Below, piece by piece: positions 13,643 to 28,100 of a DNA stretch of 64,000 nucleotides (position 1 is its first letter; every line of letters begins with the position of its first letter). Position numbers and translations under genes: made by a program. The notes under the pieces were generated by a model that ran no database searches, was not told where the DNA came from, and saw only the letters and a list, made by a program, of their open reading frames with translations. The DNA lies in contig NC_135257.1 of the NCBI RefSeq assembly GCF_964204865.1, positions 9,610,001 to 9,674,000 on the forward strand, given 5' to 3'. Origin of the DNA: Styela clava (lineage: Eukaryota).

Positions 13643-13981
13643 GTGGTGCTGATTCTTGTAAGCCACAAAATGAATAATCTTTCAAAAAGAAAAGGTAACA
13701 GAAAATATAATCCTGATTACATTAACTGTGGTTTCATGGAGGCAGGAAATGACTTTGAGCCAATAGCACAATGTGTTGAGTGTCAATGCTTCGTTGCGCG
13801 TGAGCTTGTCTCCTATCAAGCCACGACTTGATCTGAAAATACACAATATGCAAGCTCAAATTTTTCATTAGTACACTACATGTGGATTATCTCTTTTCTC
13901 ATTTATTAACATTTGATTGTGGGTCGCACAGAAAAAGGGCAATAAGAGTGGGTTAGGACTGAAACGGGTTGGGAGCATCGA
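13643..13981 (+). mobile_element. Internally deleted hAT Buster/Charlie transposon remnant (left boundary uncertain)
   Basis: The N-terminal transposase peptide KRKGNRKYNPDYINCGF...AQCVEC (ZBED5/ZBED8/Buster-like) is joined near 13783, in another frame, to the C-terminal peptide SLRVSLSPIKPRLDLKIHNMQAQIFH* (stop 13871). A Charlie-like right end follows (gtgggtcgc...gggttgggagcatcg). Confidence 0.75.
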
Positions 13982-14508
13982 ACTAAATCATCCACTAATA
14001 ATCTTGGTTGCACATTATTTATTGGACATGAAGCGTATATATGGATCGTTTTACTAATTTCAGCAGTCGATGCTGAGAAAAATTGCTATTTTCCAGAATG
14101 AAATAATTAATCGCTTACATTTCCATTAGTTGAAGAAGTTAGACAACTATTACTTTATTCCAAATTCCTAATTCTGGACCCGTGGTCTTAGTCTAGAGTA
14201 GACCAACTTGCGCGATATTATTTTTTCGTTAAATAAAAATAAAATCCAAGGCAAGCAAATCAATTGAAATTACAAATGTATGTTATTCACGTAACATAAT
14301 TTCACTCTTTTAAATGTAACATAAAATTCCACTCTTTATTATGTGAAGCTAATTTGGCTAACACAGACAGTCCCCGAACTCGTAATCGAACTAAAATATG
14401 AAAAATCGGAATAAAATTATGGCCTAACCCTAACCTGGTACACATATTACGGCCTTACGGGAGTACCCTTTTTTGCTCACAGTAAATGCCGAATTGTCAG
14501 TAATAACG

Positions 14509-14536
14509 TATATATATATATATATATATATATATA
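14509..14536. repeat. (TA)14 microsatellite
   Basis: Seen directly. Shorter (TA)n tracts lie near 15410 and 27380. Confidence 0.95.
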
Positions 14537-16762
14537 CCGTATTTATTAACTCGTGTCCAAAAATCTTGGGTGATTGAACAATCAAAAAATAAATGAAATT
14601 GGTCTTCAATTACATTTTCACAAAATCCACACAGATTTGAATTCCACAAGTTAAATTCATATAAAATGTTATTTAGAACAATGACTTCAAGAAAATATTT
14701 TATTTAAAAAGATCTCAGTCTAGTTTCAATAGTTGAAAAATAATTACCGTATTTGAAAATTATGGCAGTCAATTAAAGTCATTAGGTAAATTTATTTTAT
14801 TTTTTTCCAAAACCTCTGTTGTTTTTTCAGACAATAAATTTATTTTCTATTATATATATTTATACGATAAGCGGCACGTATCTTCACACAATGTACTGAA
14901 TAAAAAATCATGAAAATCAAAAACCAATGTTCATATTGTGCAAACAATTAAAATCTCTAGACTTCTTAATATAATCCAACATTTTGCAGCCAATTAATCT
15001 ATAGTAGTCCAAATACTCATTTGCACTTTATTCTATACACCGAAATGTTTTATCAGTTGAAAATAAGAGGCTTTCTGTTCACCAAATGATGTAATTCACA
15101 GACTACAAGCTTTTATAAAGAAGATTTTCTATGAATCGAGAATTAAACCAAAGTTTCCTTTCAATGAATAATGCAGTTCTATGTCTCGTAAATAATAACG
15201 TTCAATGGTCTTTCAATTGCTCTCTTTCGACTGATCAATGAGGTGATACAATCATTTCAGTTTTCGAGAAATAATGATATGCTTAACGTATCAATCCCAT
15301 CTTTTATTTTCGGGCCAATCAGTGTTTTACGTCCACAGGAAACAAAATATTAAAGAGTTCAGTGATTTCACGAATTTTTGGGAATAAAAGCCGGTAAAAA
15401 TGTAAATTGATATATATATATATATATGTAAAACGAGAATTGTTAAATTTTTCATACGTCAAATTTGGATAATGTTTTGTATTTCACCCCAAATTTCATA
15501 TCTCCACAAATATTGCGCCATTAATTCAAAACAATCAGTCATCTTTTCGCTCGGATCCAATAGTACTCATATCAATAGCTCCGGCGGTTGTACTTAATTT
15601 TGAATCAAACTAATCTTTTCAATGAATAAATAAGGGTTTAAATTTATGGTTTGGGTGTAGGTCGAATAGGCTATATATACTAGTAGTGCGGTTAGTCACT
15701 GAACTTTCGTGTCCGTATATCGAGACCATTGCTCTCTTCAAGTAACTACAGGCTTTTAGAAAGGAGAAGGGGGAAAAGGTGACTTAGAGAAAAAGACACA
15801 AATGAAAACACCATGCCCATTAAAGTTTCAACAAACAATTATTAAAAAACTTGTGTTTATTATGTGAAAAATAAAAGCACCAACAAAATTCCTGTCGTTA
15901 AAAATGGTCACGTTTACATCAACCAGAAAACTACATGAATGCATCTGATGACCACATTGCCCAAAAAGCTGAGATTAAAATTGTTTTGTTTGTGCCACTT
16001 TGAGTTTTCCCTCGTGGGATGGGTTTCAAACGACTGTGCTAAGAAATTGGTTCCTTCCACATCAGTTCCTTGTTTTCAACGAACGTTGGACGGTTTTTTC
16101 GACGGGAACAATAAAGACTGGGAGCACAGTTCATAGAATTTACACCGCGATACTGACATTTATATAACTACTTGAATATCATTCAATCTTCGAATGAAAA
16201 CACGGCTATTCTTGAATACAATAAAGGCAACCGACACCGACATAATGGGCGGATTATCAAGGGAATGCTGCACGCCCAACAAAGCATCACAAGTCTATTT
16301 ACTGGAGTCTCTTGTGTGATCTACAAGGAGGGGGAAAACAACGTCCGAAATAAGGTATTCTCTACAACTTGTATGGTTCCAAGAGTAAATGCGATTTCAC
16401 CGGTATGAACAGATAAACCATTCATATCTCCCCTGGATGTAATGAGGTATATATAATAAGAATTCACCAATGACATAATGCTGTTAGCACGTATGGCACT
16501 TACAGAACTAGCGACAAGCATAAAAATCATGGCTACAACTACAGAAAATAAAAACTTTTCACCGTACCAGCCGTTAGACAAAATGAAATTAATAAAACTG
16601 GGTTGCCGGAGAATTTGGTCGCCATATTCGAACTACATTCCAGATGTTACACTAACATTAAGCATCGGTCGTATACATCCATTTTTAAGATTTCCGTCTT
16701 CAAGGAAGCCGAGTTTCATGTAAGCTCTAAAAATTATTGTCACATTCGATAGGTTAAAATTC

Positions 16763-16928
16763 ATTTTGCACCCAGGATATGTGCACCTGTATACTTATAC
16801 ACGCACCAATAGACAATCACACCCGCAGATTTTATCACCCAGATACAGATTGCATCCGCAGATTTCAGCAACCAGGTTACACCATCCTAATGTTAGAAAT
16901 AAAAACGAACTCACTGCAAACACGTACG
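16763..16928 (+). mobile_element. Degenerate copy of the 'catttg(a/c)accc' repeat family
   Basis: Contains ttgcaccc, gtgcacc and gcatccgca motifs, and shares the tail ttagaaataaaaac with the reverse complement of 54050-54185. Confidence 0.5.
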
Positions 16929-16929
16929 C

Positions 16930-17373
16930 CAGGGGTCGGCAACCTTTTGTCGCTCGCGGGCCAAAATAAGGGTTGCAAGTCATTGGCGGGCCGCACATAT
17001 TTTTAGAAAGTTCAAAACCCAACGGATGATTCTTTTTATAATAAAAATGAAGCAGTAATACATCTCTCGAATAGAATATAGATTTATTACCTCATTGCAT
17101 CGCATTTTCGGCGCCATTGAACCCTTTGCACTTAGCATCAACTTTTCTGCGTTTTGTTGCCCTTTGTCTAATTATAATTAAATTATAGGCTCATTAAACG
17201 AGTAATTGTGAATTTCATACTTGTTAGATCATAATATAATTTAGTCTACACGCGTCTCACAATAAATTGTGTAACGTGAAAATATAATCGTTAAAACAGC
17301 TGTTTTGTGACTATAATTCAGTGAACCGCCGCGGGCCGGATTATGTTACTCCGCGGGCCGGACCAGACCCCTG
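16930..17373 (+). mobile_element. Non-autonomous hAT (Charlie/Buster-type) MITE
   Basis: Termini CAGGGGTC...GACCCCTG, subterminal gcgggcc repeats, and an 8-bp TSD acgTAcgc/ccgTAcgc. Confidence 0.88.
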
Positions 17374-17750
17374 CCGTACGCGATTAATTTAGATCTTCAT
17401 GATTAATTTCGATCAAAAGAAAACTCGAAACAGGCGAGAAATAAAACGCATATACGGGCACCATTATGGCTCAATACAACTTGCTTCACATAAATCCTAC
17501 ATTTGCCCTGTCGGGATCCTTCCTCGCTTTTTATTTTCTCCACCGTTCGGCATTAATGTTAAAACCTCGCTCTCAACCTGCCAACAACTTTTATAGCACA
17601 GCTTCTTTACCAAACGTATTTCGTTCGATGACCAAACCAACGATCGAAATCGATGAAATAAAATTTGTATGTTTGTGGACACATATTTTACTCTAGCAGT
17701 GATATTTAACAACAACATTCTATGCAACACAACAGACAATAATAATATTG

Positions 17751-17756
17751 TTTATT
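17751..17756 (-). promoter_or_regulatory. Candidate polyadenylation signal (AATAAA) for GAPDH
   Basis: tttatt on the + strand about 175 nt past the GAPDH stop. The position is plausible, but the motif is common in AT-rich DNA. Confidence 0.45.
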
Positions 17757-17930
17757 TCAGCTAATACGAACACGCTAATTAAATATAGGTCTTAAACGAG
17801 AAAAAAGACTGAACTTATATTGGGAGAACGGAACTGCAGTACAGAAATCAAAAATACTTGCTTTCAGATCAAAAACATTGAAAATGTTGCTGCGATTAAT
17901 GACTTCAATAAATTCAACCATGAATCAAAA

Positions 17931-18953
<1,023 letters not shown>

Positions 18954-19511
18954 TTAGAATAAATGTGATTAGGTAACAAAACTGAAAATGCGACAAACTG
19001 ACTGATACAAGACATAAAAAGTAAGTATTTGATACATACATGTACATGATCTGATTGACACAAGATAATAGAAATCTCGCTTTTGCTGCGATAACAATAA
19101 CTCTTTAATGAAAATGCGCACAAAATATAAGGTGTCATATTCTACGACCTCTGTTTTCTACTCCAGCATTCTGTGCAGATCGCCGATCGATTTTAATTGT
19201 TTTCATTGGTCAATATACCACGCCTCTGTTTACTAGCAGGCGCAAGAGCACACATAAATCGTTCATTTACGTTTCGAGGTGCACGTTCTTTGCGCATGAT
19301 GACTCATAGCCACTGGCGTATTTTGAGGAAATATGCTAGCAATTTCCTGGTTGCCTTTTAAAAAGGCAAATTTTCAGCATAAACCTACTACTGGAGTGCT
19401 TTGAGTGATGCACTATACAAACATTTCCTAAAAATAGTATGGAGGAAAAGTAGGAAAGGAACCTTAAGCTTTCATTATTCACTTTTGGGGAATGGAACAC
19501 AAAATTCGGAA

Positions 19512-19613
19512 CTCCAGAAGTATGTGCACCAAGATGGCGCACAACCTGAACATAGTTTGTGTACCAGGTTAGGGTTCAGGTTGTGCGCCATCTTGGTGCA
19601 CATACTTCGCGAG
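19512..19613. mobile_element. Short hairpin MITE-like element, copy 2 (upstream of GAPDH)
   Basis: Essentially perfect ~35-bp inverted arms (gaagtatgtgcaccaagatggcgcacaacctgaac / gttcaggttgtgcgccatcttggtgcacatacttc) around a loop containing gtaccaggttaggg. Confidence 0.85.
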
Positions 19614-22203
19614 CGCTCAAAATACAGTCATTCATGTTCACTGATATTCCTGGCTACAAAGTATTGGGAATATGGAAAACATATTATACTAAGATTTATG
19701 GTTGCAGTAAGTAACTATGATTTTCCTACACTCGAAACAAAGTCAATGTGTCCACCTGCATGAATTGAAATTCCACTGCAAGAGGCCATAAGTTGTTTAT
19801 GTGTTATGTACCTTTTAGTGACAATTCCAGTCTGAATAGATCACAACCATTATACTAGTACTCAGTGATACTTAAACGAAATGAATGTTGAGACACTAAA
19901 CAAAATATCGCAATCAGTAGGCAGCCATGATTCAGTTATATTCAGTAATCATCATTTGATTACACTTGGTGGGCCGAAAAGAAAGGACAGGAAAGCTATT
20001 GAAAAATAATGTACCAAGAAGTTTAATTAAAATAACTCAATCTATTTGTCTTTGAAACATTGATGTATATATAAACAATGTTAAGGTTTTGAGCATCGAA
20101 ACAGCTAGTCATGGAATAAATATCTTCCCATTGATTATATTGCTTCAAATGCCTTATCTTATAGCTATGTTTACTAAATACAGTAATAAGGAGGAAATGG
20201 GTTCAAGATGGTATGGAATATCCATACTTAAAAACATCCACAAACTATCAGCATTAAAAACTGGAGTAAGTATCACAGTATAACAAATTTGGTGCACGCA
20301 ACGTCAGTATAAATACATCGACAACACTGTAATAGATTGCAAGGGAAGCACTTTAATCGGGAATTATTTATTTTAACAAGAAAGTTCATCTGGCACACAA
20401 ACATTTTCAGTGATTCTGGCAGAATTAAGCAATCTAAACTAGCTATAGAATATTGTGCTAACTGATATTCAAAGTACATGTGAAAACAGTCTAAACTATA
20501 TCTACAAGTACTTTCAATAATTTAAAGTTTTGATATAGTCTGCCAACTTCACTTGTTGTACAATTTTTATATAAAAAGTCCTAGTGGGAAAATAAACACT
20601 ACAAACTGTTCTGCAATGCCAATTCGAAATATACACGACAGTTTGAAGTAACGATATAATGTCTTTTAATCACATGAAAAAGTGACGGTTTAATTTGACA
20701 CGCCCCTTTCTTATGGCCTTGAATTTCTTTCGGCGATTGGCTATCCATTACCTACACCAAAACCGCCCACGCGGTCAAAACTGCTAACTTGCATTAATTG
20801 CACATGCCCCTATGTTGTAATAAATTCCTTCTTATCATATTGCGGCAAACCTGGATTCCAGGGCTAAACTATCAGTCGGTAACGCTTTTACCACCAATGC
20901 AGTTAAGTTAACTCTTCAACTGAACTTGCGGGTCAGACTGGTCCTAAATCATTTAATCGTTCGTATTTCAACATTCAGACATTCAAACACACATTCAGCT
21001 TTCACCAATATAGGTTTAAACATTTTCAAATACCTGGGGATCTAATAGGAAGACCATCTTCAACCTTCGCATCAGACTGGTACGTGCGTTATACACGAAG
21101 ATGCCGGTTGTTTTATGGCGATACGTGACCTCAGGAACGTGCCGATTGTCGAGAAGGTTGCGGATTTCACAGTCTCGTCGCGCACACACACGTTCACTTG
21201 TGCCAATGAGGCGTCGAATTTGCACGTGAATCCACCACGACTTTCCGCACAATCACACGTATCGGTGGAGGGCGCGGAGTGAAGTCGGCGCAGCTGCAAT
21301 ATGTTACTGCGACAGGGAAGTATACTCTTGACTTCGTGCCTGTTCTTGTCGTCATTTCCTATTACCGTTAAACCTTTCAACAGCAACAACCATTCAAAAG
21401 TTGCATCTCCTGTTCGTTGAGGCCTATGGACCATTAGTAACTGGATCAATAAGTTCTACTCATGTGTTATCTCCCGAGATAGCAACTGATGTCGTTCCTC
21501 GCGTTCTTGCCCACAGATACTCTTCGAGTTTCATTTCGCTATGAAAAGGATGACGTGCCGGCTGTATCACTGTGCGAATTAATCATTCACGTTGTGCAAC
21601 TGTGATAACAACAAAAACGACATGTGAATATTTAGGAAATGCTTGCAGATAACATTATCTACCGAGGCTTTTCATTTTTCGCAACAGTACCCGACATTTC
21701 GAATCTACTCATCGTCGTAGTTACTCGCAGACGATACTATTATGTAACATTTTGAATCAAACATGTTGCAAACCAGACACTCTTTATTTTTTGACCGAAT
21801 GATGCGAAGCCCAGACACCGCCACTAACTCTTTGCGATGTATAGCTATAAGACGCATGGATACTGTGAGTTTTTAGTTGTAATTGTTTCCCAGTTGTCGC
21901 GACTGTTCTGTTAAACAGACTGACCAGTGACCATATACTATACTTGAGTTATATTATCCCGAATTCAACCTCGTACGTGTGACTCCACCGTGTAGCTCGA
22001 ACGTTCCTACAAGTCCGGTGAACCGACCAGCATAATTCAATGCCACTGAGCGCACGTGTACAAACACGACGTGAGCATATTTTCTAACAGCGGGCGGATC
22101 GGAACGCCGATTTTCCCTATTCAAATGCGTCTTACACACAGTCACTTACGGACTGTTTTTTCCCATCCTTGTCGCCATTTTCATGTTTACTTTTGTTATA
22201 TTT

Positions 22204-22391
22204 GGTTCCATTACATTTGAACCTACGTACATTTGAACTCACGACGATTGCATCTGCATACTATTGCACCTACAGAATTTTTTTTTGTTTTACGGATATT
22301 TGAACCTATACTAACCTAACCCGCATATAGATTGAACCCGCGGATATACACATGGGTTCAAATGTACTTGGTTTCAAATGTACGGTCACCG
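22204..22391 (+). mobile_element. 'catttgaaccc' family element (Helentron/HINE-like), copy 1
   Basis: Starts ggttccattacatttgaac and ends gtttcaaatgtacggtcaccg, with internal inverted and tandem catttgaaccc motifs, flanked by TT on both sides. Confidence 0.75.
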
Positions 22392-22508
22392 TTATATTTA
22401 CATTCAAATACTTTAAAAACAAACACCATGGCATGCCTTTTTGAAAATTTTTGATAACAACACTACAGTTCTGTCACAGTTGACAAACGGTAAAAGAATA
22501 CGTTATCA

Positions 22509-22916
22509 CGGTGACAGCACATTTGAACCTTTGAACTTAAATTTGAACCCATACATTTACACCCGTAAATTGTACCCAAGACATTTGAACCTCCATATGT
22601 TTGCACCCACCGACATCTGCACCTTCGGACATTTGAACCCATACATTTCCACCCATGGATTTTAGCATCCGCATATAGATTGAACCCGTGGACATTTGAA
22701 CCCATGTACATTTGAACCCACGAACATTTGAACCCGCGTACATTTGAACCCATGTGTATATCCGCGGGTTCAATCTATATTCGGGTGCTAAAACCCATGG
22801 GTTAGGGTTGGTATGGGTTCAAATATCCGTAAAACAAAAAAATTCCATACGTGCAATTGTCGTGGGTTCAAATGTACGTGGGTCCAAATGTACATGGGTT
22901 CAAAAGTAATGGAACC
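22509..22916 (-). mobile_element. 'catttgaaccc' family element, copy 2 (inverted, with an expanded internal array)
   Basis: Ends are the reverse complement of copy 1 (cggtgac ... taatggaacc). It carries many tandem catttgaaccc units. Confidence 0.8.
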
Positions 22917-23670
22917 AATAAATTCATTTTACCATGCTATGTCGTTTACTTTCTCTTGCTTATGGCTGTCCCTATTGCTATGTAACAATGAAGGTGGCCA
23001 CTACTCTCTGCAGTTTATTTATTTGATTAACCGTATTAGTATTCATTTACGGCTTAACCGAGTTTTTAGTATTTAGTAGGAAAATCAAGCAGAAATGAGG
23101 AATAGGAATTGACGTTTCGCCTTTATTCTTCAGGTCTTACAAACTTCGAAAGGCATAAAGTACACATTAACGATCACAAAATTGAGTTCTATTTGGAGGC
23201 GGCAATTTTGTTTTAGTGTGTAAGTGCGCCGTCGCCGCCGAGTTTTTTCCCTGATAATTTTGCGCCACACGAACTAGAAGTTTAGGAACCGCTGATGTAG
23301 TGTATAACGCTCAAATATTAAACTGTGTCTTTACTAAAAAAAAACTATGCAATATTGTTTTGATAATTTATTCACCAACTCTTTTGGTTGGGTTAATAAA
23401 ATTTTGATCACACGTCTGAAAGAGGTATAATATATTACTTGTAGGTAAAACTTACAATATATGACAATTACTTATGGATGCTCGAGAACCGTATTGGAGG
23501 GCTCGCAGGTTTGACACCCCCGCAAACGAGCTCGTATAAGACCTAATGTAAAAGCTAAGTGATGATTAAAAAAAAAACGAAGCATCAAAACATCCTAGAA
23601 AACCAATGCAGAGGTGCACAAGTAGCAGCTTATTGCTCGCGTCATTATTTTTGATTTGTGAAAAATGAAA

Positions 23671-23834
23671 CATTACATTTGAACCCGTAATTTGAACTCA
23701 CGACTATTGCACCTATGGGATTTTACTGATATTTGAACCCATACTAACCCTAACTCATAGATTTTAGCACCCTCATATAGATTGAACCCGCGGATATACG
23801 GGTGCAAATGTATGGGTTCAAATGTACGGTCACC
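23671..23834 (+). mobile_element. 'catttgaaccc' family element, copy 3
   Basis: cattacatttgaaccc...attgaacccgcggatatac...gggttcaaatgtacggtcacc is colinear with copy 1. Confidence 0.78.
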
Positions 23835-25144
23835 AAAAAGTGGCAAAAGCGGAATTAAAGCAAAACGCCAAAATGAATGAATAACGACGCATTTGCTCTG
23901 CACATTAAATATCACAAGTTCAAGAACTAAGTATAAAATATAAAAGACCAAACTTAAGTACATCTATTGCGGATAAATGGGGGAGTAAGAAGAAGTTAGC
24001 AAGTACAATAAAGTTTGCCAATTGCCCAAACCCAATTGAACAACATGGAAGCTCATATTAAAACCATTGTGTCCCATTATTTCAGAAAAGGCGCCAAATA
24101 TATCTCCCTCTTAGACTCCGCTAGAATGTATGGTGATGGCTATTATTCGACCTTCCTCTTAAAATTCAGCCTCAAATATCACAGACATTCGTGATTTCTG
24201 CACTTATTTTGAAAGTAATGCACGATCGAATGTATTCATTTTTGTGTTTAGTCGTATATTTTCTAAAATTAGAATCGATTCTGGAATGAAGATTCGAATT
24301 TATGCAAGGTTCAAATTTAAAATCTGGCCGACCGATTAAACAGTGTATGTTGTATTTTGTTAGAGAGTGCTGAATCAGCTGAGATAAATAGTTTCATGTT
24401 GAAGAATAAATTTTTGATTACCCACGATGTTTTGACTTGATTAAAGTTATGTCGAACGCGTAAAACGGTCACTTGTCACGCGAGAAGCATTGCGAGCTAA
24501 AGAAGTTTGATGAGGGAAACCTGGAGTGAACAGAATCTGAAAGTTTTTCTTTGATAAGGCCGACCGAGAAAATTTCAATCTATATTCCAAGCAAGTTGAC
24601 TAAGAAGTATCGCAAAAATTGGCATAGTGGCGTGCTTATGATATTAAAATTTCGTTATTTGTAGAAAGTGGTAATTAAAAGGTTTTGAATACATCAGACG
24701 AAAGCGTGTGTGCTTTGGTTACCTAATATTCTAAACATTGATGAAAACTTCTATATAATTCTTTGGATTATTTAAATGCACTGTTTTTACATACTCTATC
24801 GCATTTATCATTCAATAATTTGGTGTGTCTGACCGACGCAAATAAAAATTCAAAGCTGTTACGCTCAATCAACCCTTTCAATGCATCGCCCTTATTCTGC
24901 TCTTCCCTTCTTGTGGCCCTAACCGCAATAGTATTATGTGCACTTATAGGACATTTCACAATTCATTGTAGATAGCAATTCATATTAATAAATATATACA
25001 TTATATTAATTGATGAAAGAATAAATCTAAATAATTTTAGATGATTATGGATACACAAAAGCGTTTAATATTTTGTAAATAATAGAATGATAGTAATGTT
25101 AAGATACATAGAGATATTCGCAAATTTTAGAAAGTGCGAAGTTA

Positions 25145-28100
25145 TTATTTTAGCTCGTAAACAAATTTGATGTCAGTATGCCCCAATTTATACTCAATCA
25201 ATTTGTCCATCAATTCCGATTGTGCGACAGTCATCAGCTGCTTCCAGTTTCCGACCTCCCCTAAATAAAATATCTTTAGATCGAGTCACTTAAAGTCTTT
25301 TACGTTATATGCTAGACTAGACCAAGAAAACGAACAGAATATAAATGTGCTACTACTAAAATTGGGAATATCTAAAATTATTTGAAAGCGCCGAACATCA
25401 TATTCTGGCGTGGAACGCTATATATTTTAATTTATTTGACCCTCTTAGGCCGTAGTATGAAATTAGTAAGATTATCCGATAAGTATCACATAATGCTGTG
25501 ATGTTATGCGCAGCATATTATGTTGCTTTAGTTATGGGTTTTCCCAATTCGAGAAACCCATCATGTTACCTTTTCTGAATAGATTTATTTTTGAAAGATT
25601 TGGATGAGATGTCTGTTTCATGACACTAAACGTAGTCGCATTTTCTATTTCCTCCACTCTCTTATCATCAACTTCAACGTTCAAAAATTTTGCCAAACGT
25701 CTAATTTCTTGTTTCGTGTCCTGCAAAAATATAGTGGCAAAGTTGTAATCGCGGTGAGTGGTGATCAGACTGATGATCATATTGCGAAATATATTTGGAA
25801 ACATTCTAAATCAGCATTTTCTACGACGAAAGAGGGAGACTGTTGATCTATATACGTTAATATTCTATTGTCGTACAACCTGTAAGTTATTAATGGTACA
25901 CCTTCTGGACGATGGTCTTGAGGATAAAGTATTAAAAAATTTGAGCTAATTCAAATTTACTCATGTATGTCGTTGTGTGTTGATGATAACACGCTTACTC
26001 GTTTCATATCTTCATAATAAATGAACATGACATTATCTTCGTCCTTATGTTTATACCATCCCAGTATGTGTTCAGCATAACAATCTCCATCTTTCATGAA
26101 TGTTAATTGTTTTCCTGTTGACATCAAAAACATATTTGAACATGTATTATTGTGACACATGAAAAATCGTGCAAGGATGAGGATGTATGCGGGAAAGTGA
26201 TTCTAATATCCAAGTTTGTGAAAATTTCAAATAAATTCACGATCGGGAGGTTCATTCGCCATACTATAGTTACTATTCAACGCGTTATTAAAGCACCAAC
26301 TTCCACGAGAAATCGGCATTCACCAAATATCGTAAATATTCGAGATGTCTCGCAAAGTACACTCTTCTCGCATGGTCTCAAGAAATTGACATTCGCCAAT
26401 ATACAAGCTAACGAGGTCAAAAATTTCTTTGTTATCACTTTGGCCTGTTTCATTTTGGCCTGTACTTATAGTATATAGGTACATGGTAAATGTCAAGTTG
26501 AAATAGTCTTGCTTTGGTGTTGCCTATACTTTATAAAGAAAACTCAGTTATTATAGAGGCTCCACAACCAAGCAAACTTCAACAGTAAAAAATAGCCATC
26601 GAAGGTAACAGCCATTAATGCCTATTTTAATATGACCAGAAAATTGATTCACCGGACGACAACTATCGACACATTATTTACGGAATTGCCGTAAATTTGT
26701 CAATTCACCCATTCCATTGTCTTTTACACGGAATACAAAAAGTAATGCGAAGCAAGCGCCAGTTCCGTGCAAAATCTGCTTGTTCCGCGCGGGCGGAAAA
26801 AATTGTTGCTTTTATTGGAATAAAATGTTGGCCCAGGTGAAGAAGCTAATATTGGAGAGGATGACGTACAATTTATTTCTTCTGCACCATACAATCTTAT
26901 AGCTCCTATTAAATTTAACAAATAGACAAACCCTGAATATAGTCCGAGAAAAATTGTGGCCAATCCAGACTGAATGCGTATCGGGCGTTGTCGAAAGGTC
27001 CACTTTTGCTGCAAAAATGATACCAGGAAACAGCTTGATCTTTAGGATTGCGTAGAATGACAATGATCTGCAAATTACCAATAACGGGTTGTCAAGAAAA
27101 TACACTTAGTAGTTGCTTGATGTGTATTATTAGTATTAAGACCCGCCTTGATGCAGTAAGCAACATTGGGCATCGACGAATAATTCAGTCCGTTCGTACA
27201 AATTGGGTTTCTGAGTTCTTAGTTAAAGCAACATATTTATCATTTTGACTTTGAAACTGAAACGTTACAATTATATTCATGCAAATAAAATTATTTATTT
27301 ATTACTTCTTCGAAAATATTCTCTAACTAATCCCCATTATTATGACCGCCAAAGCTTACCCAAACCATTTGCTTAAATCTATATATATATATATATATAT
27401 ACATGCATGTACTCAAACATGTCGTTAATTCCAATCTGCATAAAATTACTACTATTAAAATCAGCTCCCCTCTCATATTTTTTGCACAAAATTATTGTCC
27501 CCCACATAGTTATTTATATTGAGATTAGCCAATCGCTATGATTCTATACAGTGAATTTTATATTTGGAATATAATGTATGTCACCTTCCCACCACTCTTT
27601 TTTATTTTTTCGACGTTCACCAAATTTTCTGGTAAATGAGTTTGAAAACATTTAGGATGAACGGGAAGATATTCCAATAACTGAAATTTCGACGCTGAAA
27701 GAAAAATTAAGATATATATTATTCTCTACGCTTATACTTCTTTCGCTATGTTTTGTTAAATTGTGTTTTTGAGCGTAAATCGTGCATGATTAACGTTCCA
27801 ATATTATTCTATACTATACCAATCCACCACAGGGGATGTGAATAATATGTTTAGCCTAATATTAGAAAATACTAATAAATATATTAGAAAGGGGTGCTCT
27901 TGTGTCATGCATGCATAATGACTTCTTTGCTAGTTTTATTCGCAGCATTGATTGTATTGATAAATGCCAATTTATCTTTAGGGAAATAAATCAATGATGA
28001 TTTTTGTGACTGGATAAAAATGACCTACGGCGACTGCAACATTCAATATTTTTAAATGACTTGAATTTTAGGAAATTCACTCGAAGCAAAGGCATTATTT

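Noticed and set aside
14423-14435. cctaaccctaacc as an interstitial telomere
   Set aside because: Only about two units, and the motif is part of dispersed repeat families seen elsewhere in the window.
22441-23076. Repetitive ORFs (MGSNVRGFKC...) and a CRISPR-like look
   Set aside because: They are translations of the catttgaaccc tandem repeat. There are no unique equal-length spacers, no cas genes, and the context is eukaryotic.
23200-23522. Solitary hAT-like right ends (aagtttaggaaccgctg; ggtttgacaccccc)
   Set aside because: No matching left TIR or TSD was found, so boundaries cannot be supported.
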